Source: Cenococcum geophilum
Lineage: Eukaryota
NCBI GenBank assembly: GCA_050273025.1
Contig: CP158635.1
Span: forward strand, 4,154,001 to 4,218,000
Reading direction: 5' to 3'
Length of the DNA: 64,000 nucleotides
Shown here piece after piece: positions 26,201 through 38,708 of this stretch. Position numbers and translations under genes: made by a program. Under the pieces are notes generated by a model, which saw nothing but the letters and a program-made list of their open reading frames with translations, was not told the origin of the DNA and did no database searches. Numbering within the stretch: position 1 is the stretch's first letter; every line of letters starts with the position of its first letter.

Positions 26201-29200
26201 TAGTTTTTAATTTTGCTATAAGGTAATTCTTACTCTAAATTCCTCTATAGTTTCTTTCCTTTCGCGTTATATAAGTAGATCCTTAAAGTCTTCTTACTTC
26301 TTAATCTTATTAATAGTCCTTATTTATATCTCAAAATCTTAGTTCTATAGGATTCTTAATTTTAAGCTTACTTTTGTCTTAAGCTTTGCTCCTACCTTAG
26401 TCTAACTAGGCTTAGGTATTCTTATCTCGTCTTAAGAGTCTTAAATCTTACTTATTTTATCTTAAGAGTCTTATGCCTATAGGAAACTCTATCCCAAGCT
26501 CATTTATATATCTTTAAACTAAGCTATTACCCTACTTTATTAGTTTTTATCTGTTATAGGTCTTTAGGTATACCTTATCTTATCTTAAGAATCTTAGTCG
26601 TCTCTTATCTCATCTTAAGAATCTTAAGCCTTTGGCCTTTTGCCTTTATTAAGTGCCAAAATAGTTTACTATTCTACTTCTCTTATGTCTCGCAAAGCGA
26701 TAGACATTATATCTAGTAGGGTCTTAATCCCTACTAATGTTCCCTGTTTTCTAGTGGAATTATCCTTTACCTCTTTTATAATATCTTTAAGGTCTATATA
26801 CTCCTAGTAAGCTGCCCTTATTACCTTATTATTATAGAATATTTCACCTATATTAAACTCATCGTCCTTAATATCCGATCTACAAACTAGTTTATTAGTT
26901 CCCCTATACTTTAAGGATTTTAGCTCCTATAGCTAATAGCTTACGCCATACTTAGCGTCTTTATAAATTTAGTATACGTTATTATAATAAAACATAAAAC
27001 TTCTAATTAAACACTCTTTTATTCCTCGCAGTATACTATCGTCCCTTTATACGTATATATCTTCTACTAGTCTAGTTTCCTTTATTATATAGTAACTTTA
27101 ACCATCTTTATAATCCCTTATAAAGTAACCTTATTTTCCGCAATTTATATAAGCTCCGTCTTTAAACTATTAACTTTGCTATAAAGTCCGCCTAAACGTC
27201 TTCTGCTGCTAAAATCCCTAGTTTAGCCTTTACTCCTTAGTCCTATAATTACTAAATCCTTAACCTCTAGTTTTTTTTATAGTTTTTTACTCCATCTTTT
27301 ATAGGCTTCTTTAGTACTACTTAGGTCTATTAGCTTTGCGCTATACCATAGTTTCTAACTTAGCTTTAGTTATTATATACTCTATACCTTATATAACTAT
27401 AGAACTCTATCCTAGCCTCTCTTAGCCTATTCCCTTTAGTAGATCTAATTATTAATCTTAATTACTTAATTTATTAAATCCTATAGGGTGTCCGTATCTT
27501 CTATTAGGATAATTACGTCCTAGACTTTAGCCTTAAGTCCTTGCTTATACTATACTATAAGCGCCTTATTATTCCACTTAACTTATATAGCTAACGTCTA
27601 AAATTATATTATATACTTAATTACTAAGGTTTATTACGTAATATCTTAGAGTTTTCTTTTTGCCGTAGTTACTACCTTTAGGTCTCTAAACATTTGTATA
27701 AGTTGCTCTATAAACCCTTCCTAGCTTAAGAATATAAATCGTACCTCCTAATTAGTAGTTATTATTCCGTTTGCCTATATTTCTATAAGGTAAGGCTTAA
27801 ACTACTTAAGTGCCCTTCCTAATAGAAATAGTCCCGTATATACTATTTAATCTATAGGTATTAGTAGCTTTACTCCTTCTTATATAACTTTAAAGTGTAT
27901 TTGCGTAAGGAATTCCTTAAGCTTTAATCTTTCTCCTAAGTACCTCTTAATTAATAGTAACTTAATCTTTACCGCTTTTATTCTATTAACCCTTTCTTCT
28001 AGCGCCGCATTATTTATTATTAACTAGTTAACTATCTCTTATAGTTATCCAACCGTTATAGGTTATTATAAGTTAGTATCTACTATACTAGTATTACCTC
28101 CTAACCTTAAAGTAGTTGCCGCCGTTAATAGCGTTATAGTAGCTGCTTTTAGTGGCATATTATTCAACTTTCTATATTTAATACTATAACTAGGTAGTAA
28201 TTATATAACGGAACCTTATAGTAAGTACTATAATGGGCTCGTTAATAGGCTAAGTATATAGGTAATATAAATTAAAGTTAATAATATAATAATAACTGGT
28301 GGAGTGGTTACCTAATAGATTAACTTTAATTATATTCTAAGAATTACTATAAGGAAGGAACTATCTAGATAGGGACTAAGGGTCCTTAAATACATAACCG
28401 TACTCTTATAAAATCCTTCTTATACGTAATATACATGTTATATATATTATACATACATTCCCTTTATATACTACATATACTACGTACAACGTTATGTGAC
28501 CTTGGCTACTATTTCTCGTCATATAGCTCTACCGGCTCCATCCTGGACCGTACCTAAATTAACTAACTAGCTTCTTTTAACTTTTCTCTAAGTAGTCGTA
28601 ACATCGTACTTAAAGTGTCCATAACACTTATATAAACTAAAACTCTAAGGTTTAATTAAGGTTTACCCTATTTACTTACTAGATAAACTACGGAAAGCTA
28701 TAAATAATCTATTACCTAAATAAAAGAATAAACCTCCCCTACTAATTTAAGTTAATAGCGACGATAAATAAGAGGTAGAAGAAATACTAACTAGTAAGCT
28801 AATATAGGGAATACTAAAATACCGTATCTGGTAGAAGGGCTATAATCTAGACTTAGCTTCGTACCCTATATAGAACTTTATAGGCTATTCCTAGAAGCTT
28901 AAAGAGTTTTATAACTAATACCCTAACTTTCCTAAACTCCTAAAGTACCTAAATAAGTAGGGAAAATACTAGTATAATAAAGATAATAGGATACTGTAAG
29001 AGTATAGGGACAATAATACTCTAGGGCCCTAGTTCTACCAAATTCTACTTAATTTAACCGTTTTCTACTACTACTGTTAAGACTTTAAATATCTAGCAAC
29101 TTTAACTACTAGTTAAAGTTATCTAATTAGTTAAATCCCTACTAAGTCTTTTAGTGGCTACTCTATTTACTACCCTATATACTTAACCTAGATACGCTTA

Positions 29201-29515
29201 TACCTTTTTTCCTCCCTTATCTTATATCTTATAGTTTAATTTAGCTCTATTTCTAATAAGCTTAAGGGTAGACTTTTTAAAGGGGGGGTAATATAATAGC
29301 ACTAAGGGCGCATTACCTACTAAATTCTACCGTAATACTGCTATGTTCTGCTAATCCTATAATTGGCTCGCTTACTACTAGCGCCTTGGCGGCTAGCCTA
29401 TATATTAATTTTTATCGGCCCTAGAATACCTCTTTTCCTTCTCCTTAGCTTAGTATTTTCGTAATATAATATTAGTTTAAGCTTCGATTTAGAGGCATTG
29501 GTTTAAGCCATAATA

Positions 29516-29990
29516 GTAGTAATACTTAAAGAATAAAGGTTATTATTATAAGGAATAATAGAGCTATGTATTCTTAAAATATATTATAAAATATTTATAA
29601 GATTTCTAACTAGTAAAGAACTAAATAGAAGATAAGTTAAGTAGGTAGAAATATTAGTAGAATATTACTTTAAAATCGAAGTACGCTAAGGGGAGTAAAA
29701 ACGCAAGAGTAGATATACTTAGTAGAAGAGTAGATCTATAAGGTAATGAAAAACTATTAGGAGCACCCTTATAACTAGACGACGATAGGAAAATTAGGTA
29801 TAACCATCTATAAATCGTAGGGACATACAAGGCATCAATTACGGATTAGGAGTAGCGAATTCGAGAGGCTTAAGCGGAAGGCCTAGACACTAAAGAGTAC
29901 GAATACCAAGATATAACATATATTGTAAAAGTATCGTAGAAGAGTTTATTAAGGGCTTTTATATAAATCTTATATAAGAATAAAACGATA
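29516..29990 (+). mobile_element. Degenerate Gypsy pol fragment (RNase H end), family-A-like
   Basis: De-RIPed FLT.KELNRRQV.WAE.LAEY.F.I, similar to 60190-60260. Confidence 0.65.
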
Positions 29991-30589
29991 GATCTTACCT
30001 AAGTTATATTTATTGTATGTATTTACATTATAAATATTTGGCCAAAATATGCATGAATTTATAACTAAGCCCACTGCTAAGGCCGAACGATGGTAAAGCG
30101 GCTGCTAGTGGAGAGATGGAAGCTTGAGTTCGTTTGGAGTAGGAGTTAGGCGCGATAAATTTTAGATATGGCTGAGAAGATGCAGGTCCGAGCTTAATGA
30201 AAGTTAATGAGAGGCTTATATAACATGCTTTATCAACTTTTCATGTAAATAAATAACTTGCTTTATGAACTAGATATACATCTACTTATACAAACAGCGA
30301 GCGCGTCTCGGTTATCGACATCATGCAGCAGGACGGCCTGATATTCCGAGAGATGATTGTATTTACTTCAGTAGGAATATCCCAGGGTAAAACATTATGC
30401 ATTAGTTTGACGGTGAGATTTTATACTTTCTACGCTCTGATTACTTTGAAGAACTTTCGTGAAATTAATCGTGGATACAAGGCTAAAATGACCGACAATT
30501 CTACTAAACTCTTGCTACAAAAACTTTAATCGAGCCGCCAGCCTAGAATTTTGCACAAAATGCAGACCTAACCCTCTAAGCCCAATAAC

Positions 30590-32532
30590 TAAAGTCTACC
30601 CCCGGAACTCGGTTAACCCCCGAACTCGGTTACCTCACTAAATTGACTACTACCACTTTAAAAGCCAACTACACCCAACCAAATTAAATTGATTATTTGC
30701 CCTTATGTGCTATTTGGTATATTGACCTTCGCCTTTCTATCTATTACCTTTTAAGGCTTCGATTTTAGCTTCTTTACCCTTATTTTAGCCTTTTTCCCCT
30801 CTACCTTCTCTATTACTTACTTGATTAAGTATATATTGGTAAATTATATATTTAAATCTATAGCTACTTACTTATAAAGTTTTAGGCCTTTAAGGCCCTT
30901 AAGTTGTAATTGCAAGCAATATATTTAAGTGACCTTATATATAGCCCTTATAGGAAGTTGCTAAAGTTGTTAATCCTTTAATTAAGTATATACTTATTAT
31001 AAAGGCTTTAAACCACTTAATATATATAATAAGGCTTTTTAGGGTATCTATAGTGTTAAACTAATTACTGTTTGCTTATTTTTAGCCTATAAAAATATAA
31101 AGCTCTTATATAGATTTTATAAATAAATATTAAAGGTATATTATTTAATTTTAAAAAATTTTGCTTTTAGACTTTCTGTTTGTATCAATTTAATGATACA
31201 GGTAAGTTATATTCAGGGGCACGAAATACGTGTAGTATCGTATGCTCTTTTAGATGGTGGTGACTGTTAATTCTATTGAGGTAGACTACGTAGTCTATAT
31301 ACTAACGCGCCCTCCCCCCTAATTAGTTATAAGCAAGTAGTTGGTGCACCAAATGCGTAGACACGCGTTTGGTATACTAGGTGCTGTAATTATACACTTT
31401 CTTTTCCGGTCCTATATTAATATTTAAAAATATAATCCTTCTTAATTAAGGCTATGTTATTGAAATATATATACTTTATAATATAGTCCTAATATTATAA
31501 TTTTATAAAAGAAAAGTATAATAGATTTAAGTGTTACTATATTAAATAAAGTAGTAGAAAAATAAGTTATATATTATATTATTAATATTTTAATAAAAAT
31601 TTAATTATATAGTGGCTTATATAACTATTAAAGAATAATAATTAAGCTTTATTACTAAATAGTTTAGTTTTAGATAACAATATAGTAATAAATTACTTAA
31701 ATTTTATTTATTTATTTATTTAACTATTTTGTAAGGCTATATATACTTAATAAACCATTTTGCCCTAGTAGACTTACACTAATTAAAGGTGCTTTTATTT
31801 AAAGACTATAAGGAAATTAATTAATTAATTTAGAGTAAATATTATCCCTATAATAAACACTTATTTATAATTATTTAGTAATAATATAAAACTTTTCCTT
31901 TTAAAGGCATTTATTATAGTGATTAAGTTTATATATACACTTAATATAACTCTAAATTAATTTATATCTTAGGTATATTTCAATAATATATTAACTTTCC
32001 TTTATACTTATTTATAAAGGTTATAATATTTTTTAATTTACTTTAGTTGTGCCCAATTAACTTATATACTTTCTATTAAATAAATAAATAAATTTTTTAT
32101 TTAAAATAGCTAATTACCCACATTTTTCTAAGGGGCTTAGTATGGCTATTTTAATTAAAGATTTAGATTACTATTTTTTAATAATTATACATATAAGGGG
32201 GTAAATCTTTATAGATCCTGTTTAAGTACCCAATTAATAAGCAAGGCCCCCTATATAGGAGTTAATTGCTATTTATACTAGTGTATAAATTGTTATAGAA
32301 ACTTGCTATTTAATTAATCGCCTAAAATTAATAAAGGGACACTGTGTATAAGCATAGCTTTTCGCGCAGACTTATAAGCACCAGATTTAAAATCTACAAC
32401 AGCTATTTATAAACTCTACTTAGTTTGGTCTATATTGATGGGCTCGTGGAGAAAATAGGTCGGCAAGTCGGAGAGTTAATTTTGGTGTGGTGACCGTGTT
32501 CGGGAGGCGACCGAGTTCCAGGGGTCCGAGCT
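30590..32532 (-). mobile_element. Fot1/pogo-like DNA transposon, copy 1
   Basis: Right TIR ...ccaggggtccgagct|TA; the left TIR is partly eroded. Collinear with 34810-36774. Has an extra ~250 bp near 31180-31420. Confidence 0.8.
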
Positions 32533-32630
32533 TATGACCTATCAGACATAATATATGCCAGCGCTATTTGTCTCCAGGCTAACTTGGTATTAGTATGATA
32601 TCTCAAGCACCTGAAATATTCATCTTTGAT

Positions 32631-33785
32631 TCAGAAAACCAAACCGCCACCTAAAGAGTTAATTCCTGTCTCGCGTGTGTTCAAACAATGAGAATCGACT
32701 TACCATCCACCACAATATCTGCAGCATTGATATAGCTCCCTGCGCCAGAGCAAAGCAGTACTAATGGCCCAGTCAATTCCTGAGGCACGCCCATTCTTCC
32801 CATCGGGTTGCGGGAAGTCCATATGTTGCGGGCTTTTTCAAGTCCATGACCCTTATTTAGTATCGTATCCATATATCCTGGGCTGATAGTGTTCACCCGG
32901 ATACCGTAGCGCGCCCATTCAGCCGCAAGAGAGTTTTTGAGGCTTAACAGTGCGGATTTAGATACGTTGTAGGCCACTTGAGGCTGAGGAAAGTTTACAC
33001 GATGACCGGAAATTGCTGATAGATTGTCAGCAAATGTAACTAAAGCAAGAATAGGAAGCTGAAATGACGGACATGCTATGAACACTATGGAACCTCCGGT
33101 CTCCTGAGGTATCATTTGTCTGCACAATGGGTAGTTATTATTACAGTAACCAACAGAGGCAAAGGAGGGCGCACTTCGCAACTGCTTGGGCGCAGAGAAA
33201 GGACCCCGTGCAATTGATATCCATCGTGGACTTCCATTCCTCTAGGGCCATATCAGTTGCATGCGTACAGCCAACCACTCCAGCGAAGCAGCATAGTATA
33301 TCTACACTCCCAAGATGCTTGGCGGTTTCGGCAACGGCAGCATTGATACTTTCAGAATCTCTAACGTCTACCTGCTTCGTTATGATCTGGGCAGAAGGGA
33401 ATTCCGCTATTAGACTTGTAATGGGACCAGCAGCTTGTTGAGGATTGATATCGAGTAGAGCCAGCCCAGAGAGGCCATGTTCAAGGAGCGCACGAGCGCA
33501 TTCGAGTGCGAGAGTTCCGGCTCCACCAGTAACTGTGACGAGGTATTAGTAATTGGGGAGCCCCAAACTAGGACTACAATGTTCCGGGATATACCATCAC
33601 ATTTATCACGTACTAATTGCGTTCCCCTCGACCGCAAATCTATGCTGAGCCCTGCCCTCGGCATCCAGATAGTGTGGCGGTGGTGGGGGAGGGGCAGTAA
33701 AAGACGATGAGGAGCCGTCAGAGAGCTGCATTTGAGGGAGCTGCCTGTTGACAAGGGCATCGCGCTCGGAGGCGTTGTCAGGCAT
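32631..33785 (-). CDS. Short-chain dehydrogenase/reductase, D-arabinitol 2-dehydrogenase/sorbose reductase-like; 5 exons
   Basis: ATG at 33785, four GT-AG introns, Rossmann motif ITGGAGTLA, SISGHRVNFPQPQVAYNVSK (catalytic YxxxK), GIRVNTISPGYMDT, and a last exon GGGLVF-TGA ending at 32631. Normal base composition. Confidence 0.92.
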
Positions 33786-34809
33786 CGTTGAAGATAAGTT
33801 CGTGTTTGTTATTGGTGGTTTTTAGGTATGATCACTTGCAAGACTTAAAATGTAGTGACTGGAAGAGTGATCCTCTTAGCATAGAAGAAATATTGAGACG
33901 ATGTATGGAAAGCTCTTAAAAAGAGCTTTGGACCATTGTATGTAGGAATAAAGGAAATCTAACCTGAGCATCGCTGTCGTGATTTGGTGATAACTTTCAG
34001 GAAGCAAGTTAGCCGAGAATCTCGATTTAGGAAATATTTGGTATTCAAGGCCAGTCAGCTAAAAAGTCACATGTTCAGCCAGCCACCTGGCACATATTCG
34101 CGTATATCTATAGCGCCACTAGCGCCAAGCTATAGATGTACGTATATTAAAGACCACCTACTAATTAAGCCGCTACTTAACGCTAACCATAAAGTAATTA
34201 GGGCTATTAGGGCCTAAAGTATATATAAAAACGTTCTTTTTACTTAATCCTTAATTATAGTAATATATTTACTATTATACCTACTATATAAAACAGCGCT
34301 AACTAACTATATAGAGATTAATATCGCTAATAATACTAAATTATATATTAACGTATAGTATATCCTTATCCTTATATATACTACTAGGCCTAAGAATATA
34401 TCTTTAGTATATAACTTAAAGTAAAAGGGGGTTAAAATAAAAAGAATATAATATTTACCCTTTCCCTTTTCACCTAAAAGCATTACGCCCTATAGCTAAT
34501 ATATTGTTTAGCTTTAGGCCTTTTATAAATAGAAGCAGTATTATAATAGTAATACTATTATAGAAGATAAGTTACTTTTCTTTTTTTATTAAAAAGGTTG
34601 TAAATTAGCCCTTAAAAGGAAAGAGCTATAAAGCTAATAATAATATACCTTAAAAGCAGACGTATTTCTTATAGCAGTTATTTTATTGCTATATTACTAC
34701 TTTAATAGACCTTTATTAAATATAAAAAGCTATAAAAATAAATAGCTACCTATTTTTATAGGAGGATAGTATTAGAAAGTATTTAAAGATACTATAGTAG
34801 AGGGATATA

Positions 34810-36774
34810 AGCTCGGACCCCTAGAACCCGGCCAACCCTAAACTCGGCCACTTAAGCGAATCGAATCCTACCACTTTTAAAGCTATCTATACTTGATTAA
34901 ATCAATCTAATATCCTACCCCTACGTGCTCTTTAGTAAATCGGCCTTGGCCTTTCTATTTAACGCCTTTTAAGGCTTTGGTTTTGACTCCTTTACCCTTA
35001 TTTTAGCCTTTTTCTCCTCTACCTCCTCTATACCTTATTTGATCAAATTTATATTTATAAAATTTATATTTAGATCTATAGCTACCTACCTATAAAATTT
35101 TAGGCTGTGATCTAAAGCTATATATTTAAGCGTCTTTATATATAGCCTCCATAGTAAGTTGCTTAAGTTATTGACTTCTTTTTTATAAAAGTAACTACGT
35201 CTTTTAATTAAGTATATACTTGTTATAAAGGCCTTAAATTATCTAATATATCTTATAAGGCTTTTTTAGAGTGGCTATAATATTAAACTAATTACTATTA
35301 GCTTATTTAGAGCTTAAAGCCTTATTTTTAACCTATAAAGACTTAAAGCCCTTATATAGATTCTATAGATAAATACCAAAGGTATACCACCTAAATTTAA
35401 CTGTTTTTGCTAAGAGGCCTTTCTATTAGGATTTATAGTTATATTTAGTAAAGCAGCACCCTTTAATTAAAGCTATATTATTAAGAAATATAAGCTCTAT
35501 AAGTTAGTTCTAATTTTTTTTAATTTTTTAAAGGAAAAATTTAATAGATTTAAGAGTTATTATATAAAATAAAGTAGTAGAAAAATAAGTTATTAATTTT
35601 GTTATTTATATTTTAATAAAAATTTAATTATGTAGTGGCTTATATACTATTAGAAAACAATAATTAAGCTTTATTACTAAATAATTTGGTTTTAAGTAAG
35701 AAAATATTAGTAAATTAGTTAAATATAATTTTTTTTTTGATGTTATAAATACTTAATAGGATGTTTTTATTTGGTAGAATTATATTAATTAGAAGGATTT
35801 TACTTTAAAAATAATAAGAAATTTAATTAATTAATTAAGAGTAGATAATAGCTGTAAGGGATATTATTGCGGACACCTTGGGTTGCCCTTAGGATAACCC
35901 CCAGACGCCCCTTGGATAGTTGCCGGTTACGTGCTAAAGGCGCGTGCCCGTAGTATATAGTCTCTACAATCCCAAAGGCCTTACCTCCTTAAGGATTCGT
36001 CTCTTTTACCAATCTATCCTATTCCACAATCGTGTCCTTATAGCCCCCTGTCTACAAAGTCCCCTTATAATATCTCTATAATAAATACCCATTTATAATT
36101 ATTTAGTAACTATATAATAGTTTTCTTTTTAACGGTATTTCCTATAGTGATTTAGTTTATATATACACTTAATATAGCTTTAAATTCATTTATATTTTAG
36201 GTATTTTTTACTTATATATTAACCTTTCTTTATACTTTTTTAATAAAGGTTATAGAATTTTTAAATTTACTTTAGTTCTACCTATTAATTTATATGCCTT
36301 CTATTAATTTAGTGAATTAAATGATATATATAATTTTTATTTAAAATAGCTAATTATCTATATTTCACTAAGGGGCTTAGTATCGCTATTTTAATTAAAG
36401 GTTTAAGTTACTATTCTTCTATAACTGTATATATAAGCGAATAAAACTTTATAAGTCCTATTTAAGTATATAATTAATAAATAAAGCCTTATATATAGGA
36501 GTTAATTACTGTTTATATTAGTGCATAAATTGCCCTAGGAGCGTACCACTTAATTAATCGCTTAAAATTAACAAAGGGACATTATATACAAGTATAGCTT
36601 TTCGTATAGACTTATAAACATTAGATTTTAAATCTACAATAGCCATTTATAAGTTCTGTATATTTTGGTCTATATTAATCAATTTGTTATAAAGAAGATA
36701 GGTTGACAAATTGGTGATTTGGTTTTAGTTAAGTGGCCGACTTTAGGGGTGGCCGGGTTTTAGGGGTCCGAGCT
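34810..36774 (-). mobile_element. Fot1/pogo-like DNA transposon, copy 2
   Basis: TIRs TA|agctcggacccctagaacccggcca...tggccgggttttaggggtccgagct|TA. De-RIPed WNMDES (~36185-36200) and EWVSIIE (~36075-36095). The Crypton frame resumes after it. Confidence 0.88.
35853..36069. mobile_element. Solo LTR (217 bp) inside pogo copy 2
   Basis: Ends tgtaaggg...cccttata (RIPed from ...taca). Flanks atagc/atatc form a 5-bp TSD with one mismatch. Absent from pogo copy 1. Confidence 0.75.
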
Positions 36775-38708
36775 TATAGTATAAGAAAAAGTTTGCTAAT
36801 AAGGGTAGAGATACCCTCCTTAATAGCTATACTAAGAATAACTTTTAAGGCGTTTACTATAAGCTTTAAGCTAAAGGCACTATTCTATCCCTAAAGTACT
36901 ACTTTTATACGCTTATTAATATCCTATTAAGCTATTATATACTTACCTATAGTAGTAATAAATACTTTACTAAGATCTTAGATTTATTTACCTTTAAGTT
37001 TAAGGGTAAAGGCCTTACGCGCTATATACCCTTAATATTTACTATATGCGTAAATAAGTAGAACTAGTAAAACTACCTTAAAACTATTAAAGCCTTATAA
37101 AATAAAATGCCACTTATTTATATACTTAGTAAGCTAGCTTTCTATTTCCTATACTACTAGGATTTTAGTATTAAGCTATTTTTAGACTTTAATAAGTACT
37201 TAGTATAATATAATATATATTAAAATAAAAGTAGTACTAAGAACTATAAGGTGGTCCTTTTATATAACTTATAGTAGGATTAAATTATAAAGGCTTTTTA
37301 ATATATTGGTGTCTTTTTAAGAAAGAAGACCTCTATTAGGCAGAGCGCTAATATTAAAAATAGTAGAGCTAAAGGGGGTTAGTAAAGACTAGATTTAATA
37401 TATTAAAGGTAAAATTAAAAGTATATAGTAGGCTATTACTTAAACTCTCTCCTATAAGAGTTTATAAAGTTAATAATAAAATACCCTTTATAGATAGGCT
37501 ATTTTAAAATCTACTATATAGGTATTACGCCGCCTAATATACTACTGTTAATAAGATTGCCTAAACTAGATAAATAGAAGAGCTATTTTAGTTTAAAGCT
37601 ATATTAAATCAATAGCCTTACTACTATAGGGGTTATAAACCTTCTCTTTTACCTTTATAAGGTTATTCTATAAGACCTAATAGCCCTTTATAAAATATTC
37701 TTAAGCTATTTAGTAAAAAGCTATCCTATTTTTAGTATAAAGTATATACGGCCTTTATATAGAAGCTAAAGCCCTACCTCTAGAAAAAGAGGGAAGCCTA
37801 AATTAGCTATTAATTCTTTACTAGGCTATATTACTTCTTATTAACTAATTAAAGGCTCTATATTAAAAATAAGTAGATATCTAGCGATATTAAAGGCTTA
37901 TTAGACTATTTAGATAGGTCCTAATTGGCTTAGTCTTTATAGCTTTAGTTACTAATATTTAAAGACCTTATATTTTAACTAAATGCCCCTTTAGCTATAG
38001 TGGCGGCAATAGTATAGCCTTAGGGCTAGTTTACTAACACCTTATATCCGCCTATAAAAGCGGCCCCTTTAGCTCTATCTATTATGGGATTTAGTAAATA
38101 TATATCTACCTAAGTAAGCGCTATAAGCTCTCCTTTCTATATAGCTTTACTACTACTATTACTACTACCGCTATAGCTATAGCTAGAGCCGCAGTTCTAG
38201 CTAGAGCCTAGGTTTAGGTTTCTACCTATATATTATATAAGCCGCGTAATAAACTCTATATAGGCCCTTTAATATAAGTAGACTAAAGGGCTACGAGGTA
38301 ATCCTTTTATAGTAGCGCTAGATTCTAAATAGGGTAGTAAATAATAGGCTAGCTAGTAAAAGGAGGTCTAATAATACTCCCTATAGCTTAAGGTTATTAA
38401 GGAGATTAAATAGGTCGCGTAAGCCTAGAAGGTTAGCAAGGAAGCAGCTATATAGTAGGTTAATTTACGGTAAAAGCAGATATTATACTTACTAAATTGG
38501 TGTCACGGGACATTATCAACGCATTCTTACGGTATTGCGAGGAGATCAATTGGCTATTTTGTTGGTAGTACTATCTCATTTACGAGTATCTATGCTACAG
38601 GAATTACAAGGGCTATCCAGATGTCCGCTAGAACCTAGATATCCGAATATTATCTCCACACCCAATATGCTGTATATCAAACTATCGATCTGCCTTAAAA
38701 TGCTCTTG

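Larger units (their letters stand above)
10275..28626 (-). mobile_element. Ty3/Gypsy chromovirus family A, copy 1 (outer)
   Basis: LTRs of about 423 bp at 10275-10697 and 28204-28626, 5-bp TSD CTTAT (10270-10274, 28627-28631), PPT next to 10698. gag-PR-RT-RH-IN-chromodomain remnants on the minus strand. Contains two nested insertions. Confidence 0.93.
9925..29515 (+). mobile_element. Gypsy family B 3' remnant (integrase C-terminus and chromodomain at 9925-10274 plus 28632-29290; 3' LTR about 29292-29515)
   Basis: De-RIPed KLDHQMAGPY..LEKIGNSY|KLKL continues across the family-A insertion. Chromodomain-like EVEEIL...YRI.WKGY at ~28770-28845. PPT aaagggggggtaa precedes a TG..CA-like LTR (RIPed to TA..TA). 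Confidence 0.75.
34090..38490 (+). mobile_element. Crypton (CryptonF-like tyrosine-recombinase transposon), RIP-inactivated, split by a pogo element
   Basis: De-RIPed RPKNT..AY..KQ.EF, GDTVTEDKL, FADKGRDTLLDGYT (~36790-36830) and KKT..GR...ELKGVSEDQI (~37320-37400). A C-terminal GCR1-like domain reads LW.EWTEGLRGNPSI.ALDSKWG.KWR (~38260-38350). Boundaries are taken from the change in RIP signal. Confidence 0.82.

Noticed and set aside
30323..30529. 68-aa ORF in non-RIPed DNA
   Set aside because: Short, with no recognisable motif or signal peptide; cannot be supported as a gene.
31180..31420. Extra, less-RIPed segment in pogo copy 1 as a distinct MITE
   Set aside because: Only a 5-bp tacag/ctgta inverted match and no clear TSD; left unclassified.
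32681..33760. Separate ORFs at 32681-33181, 33127-33441, 33410-33760 and 33477-33710
   Set aside because: Partial, off-frame or antisense readings of the single spliced SDR gene.
34090..38490. Starship captain interpretation of the tyrosine recombinase
   Set aside because: The motifs and C-terminal GCR1-like domain fit Crypton, and no cargo block or Starship-type boundaries are visible.
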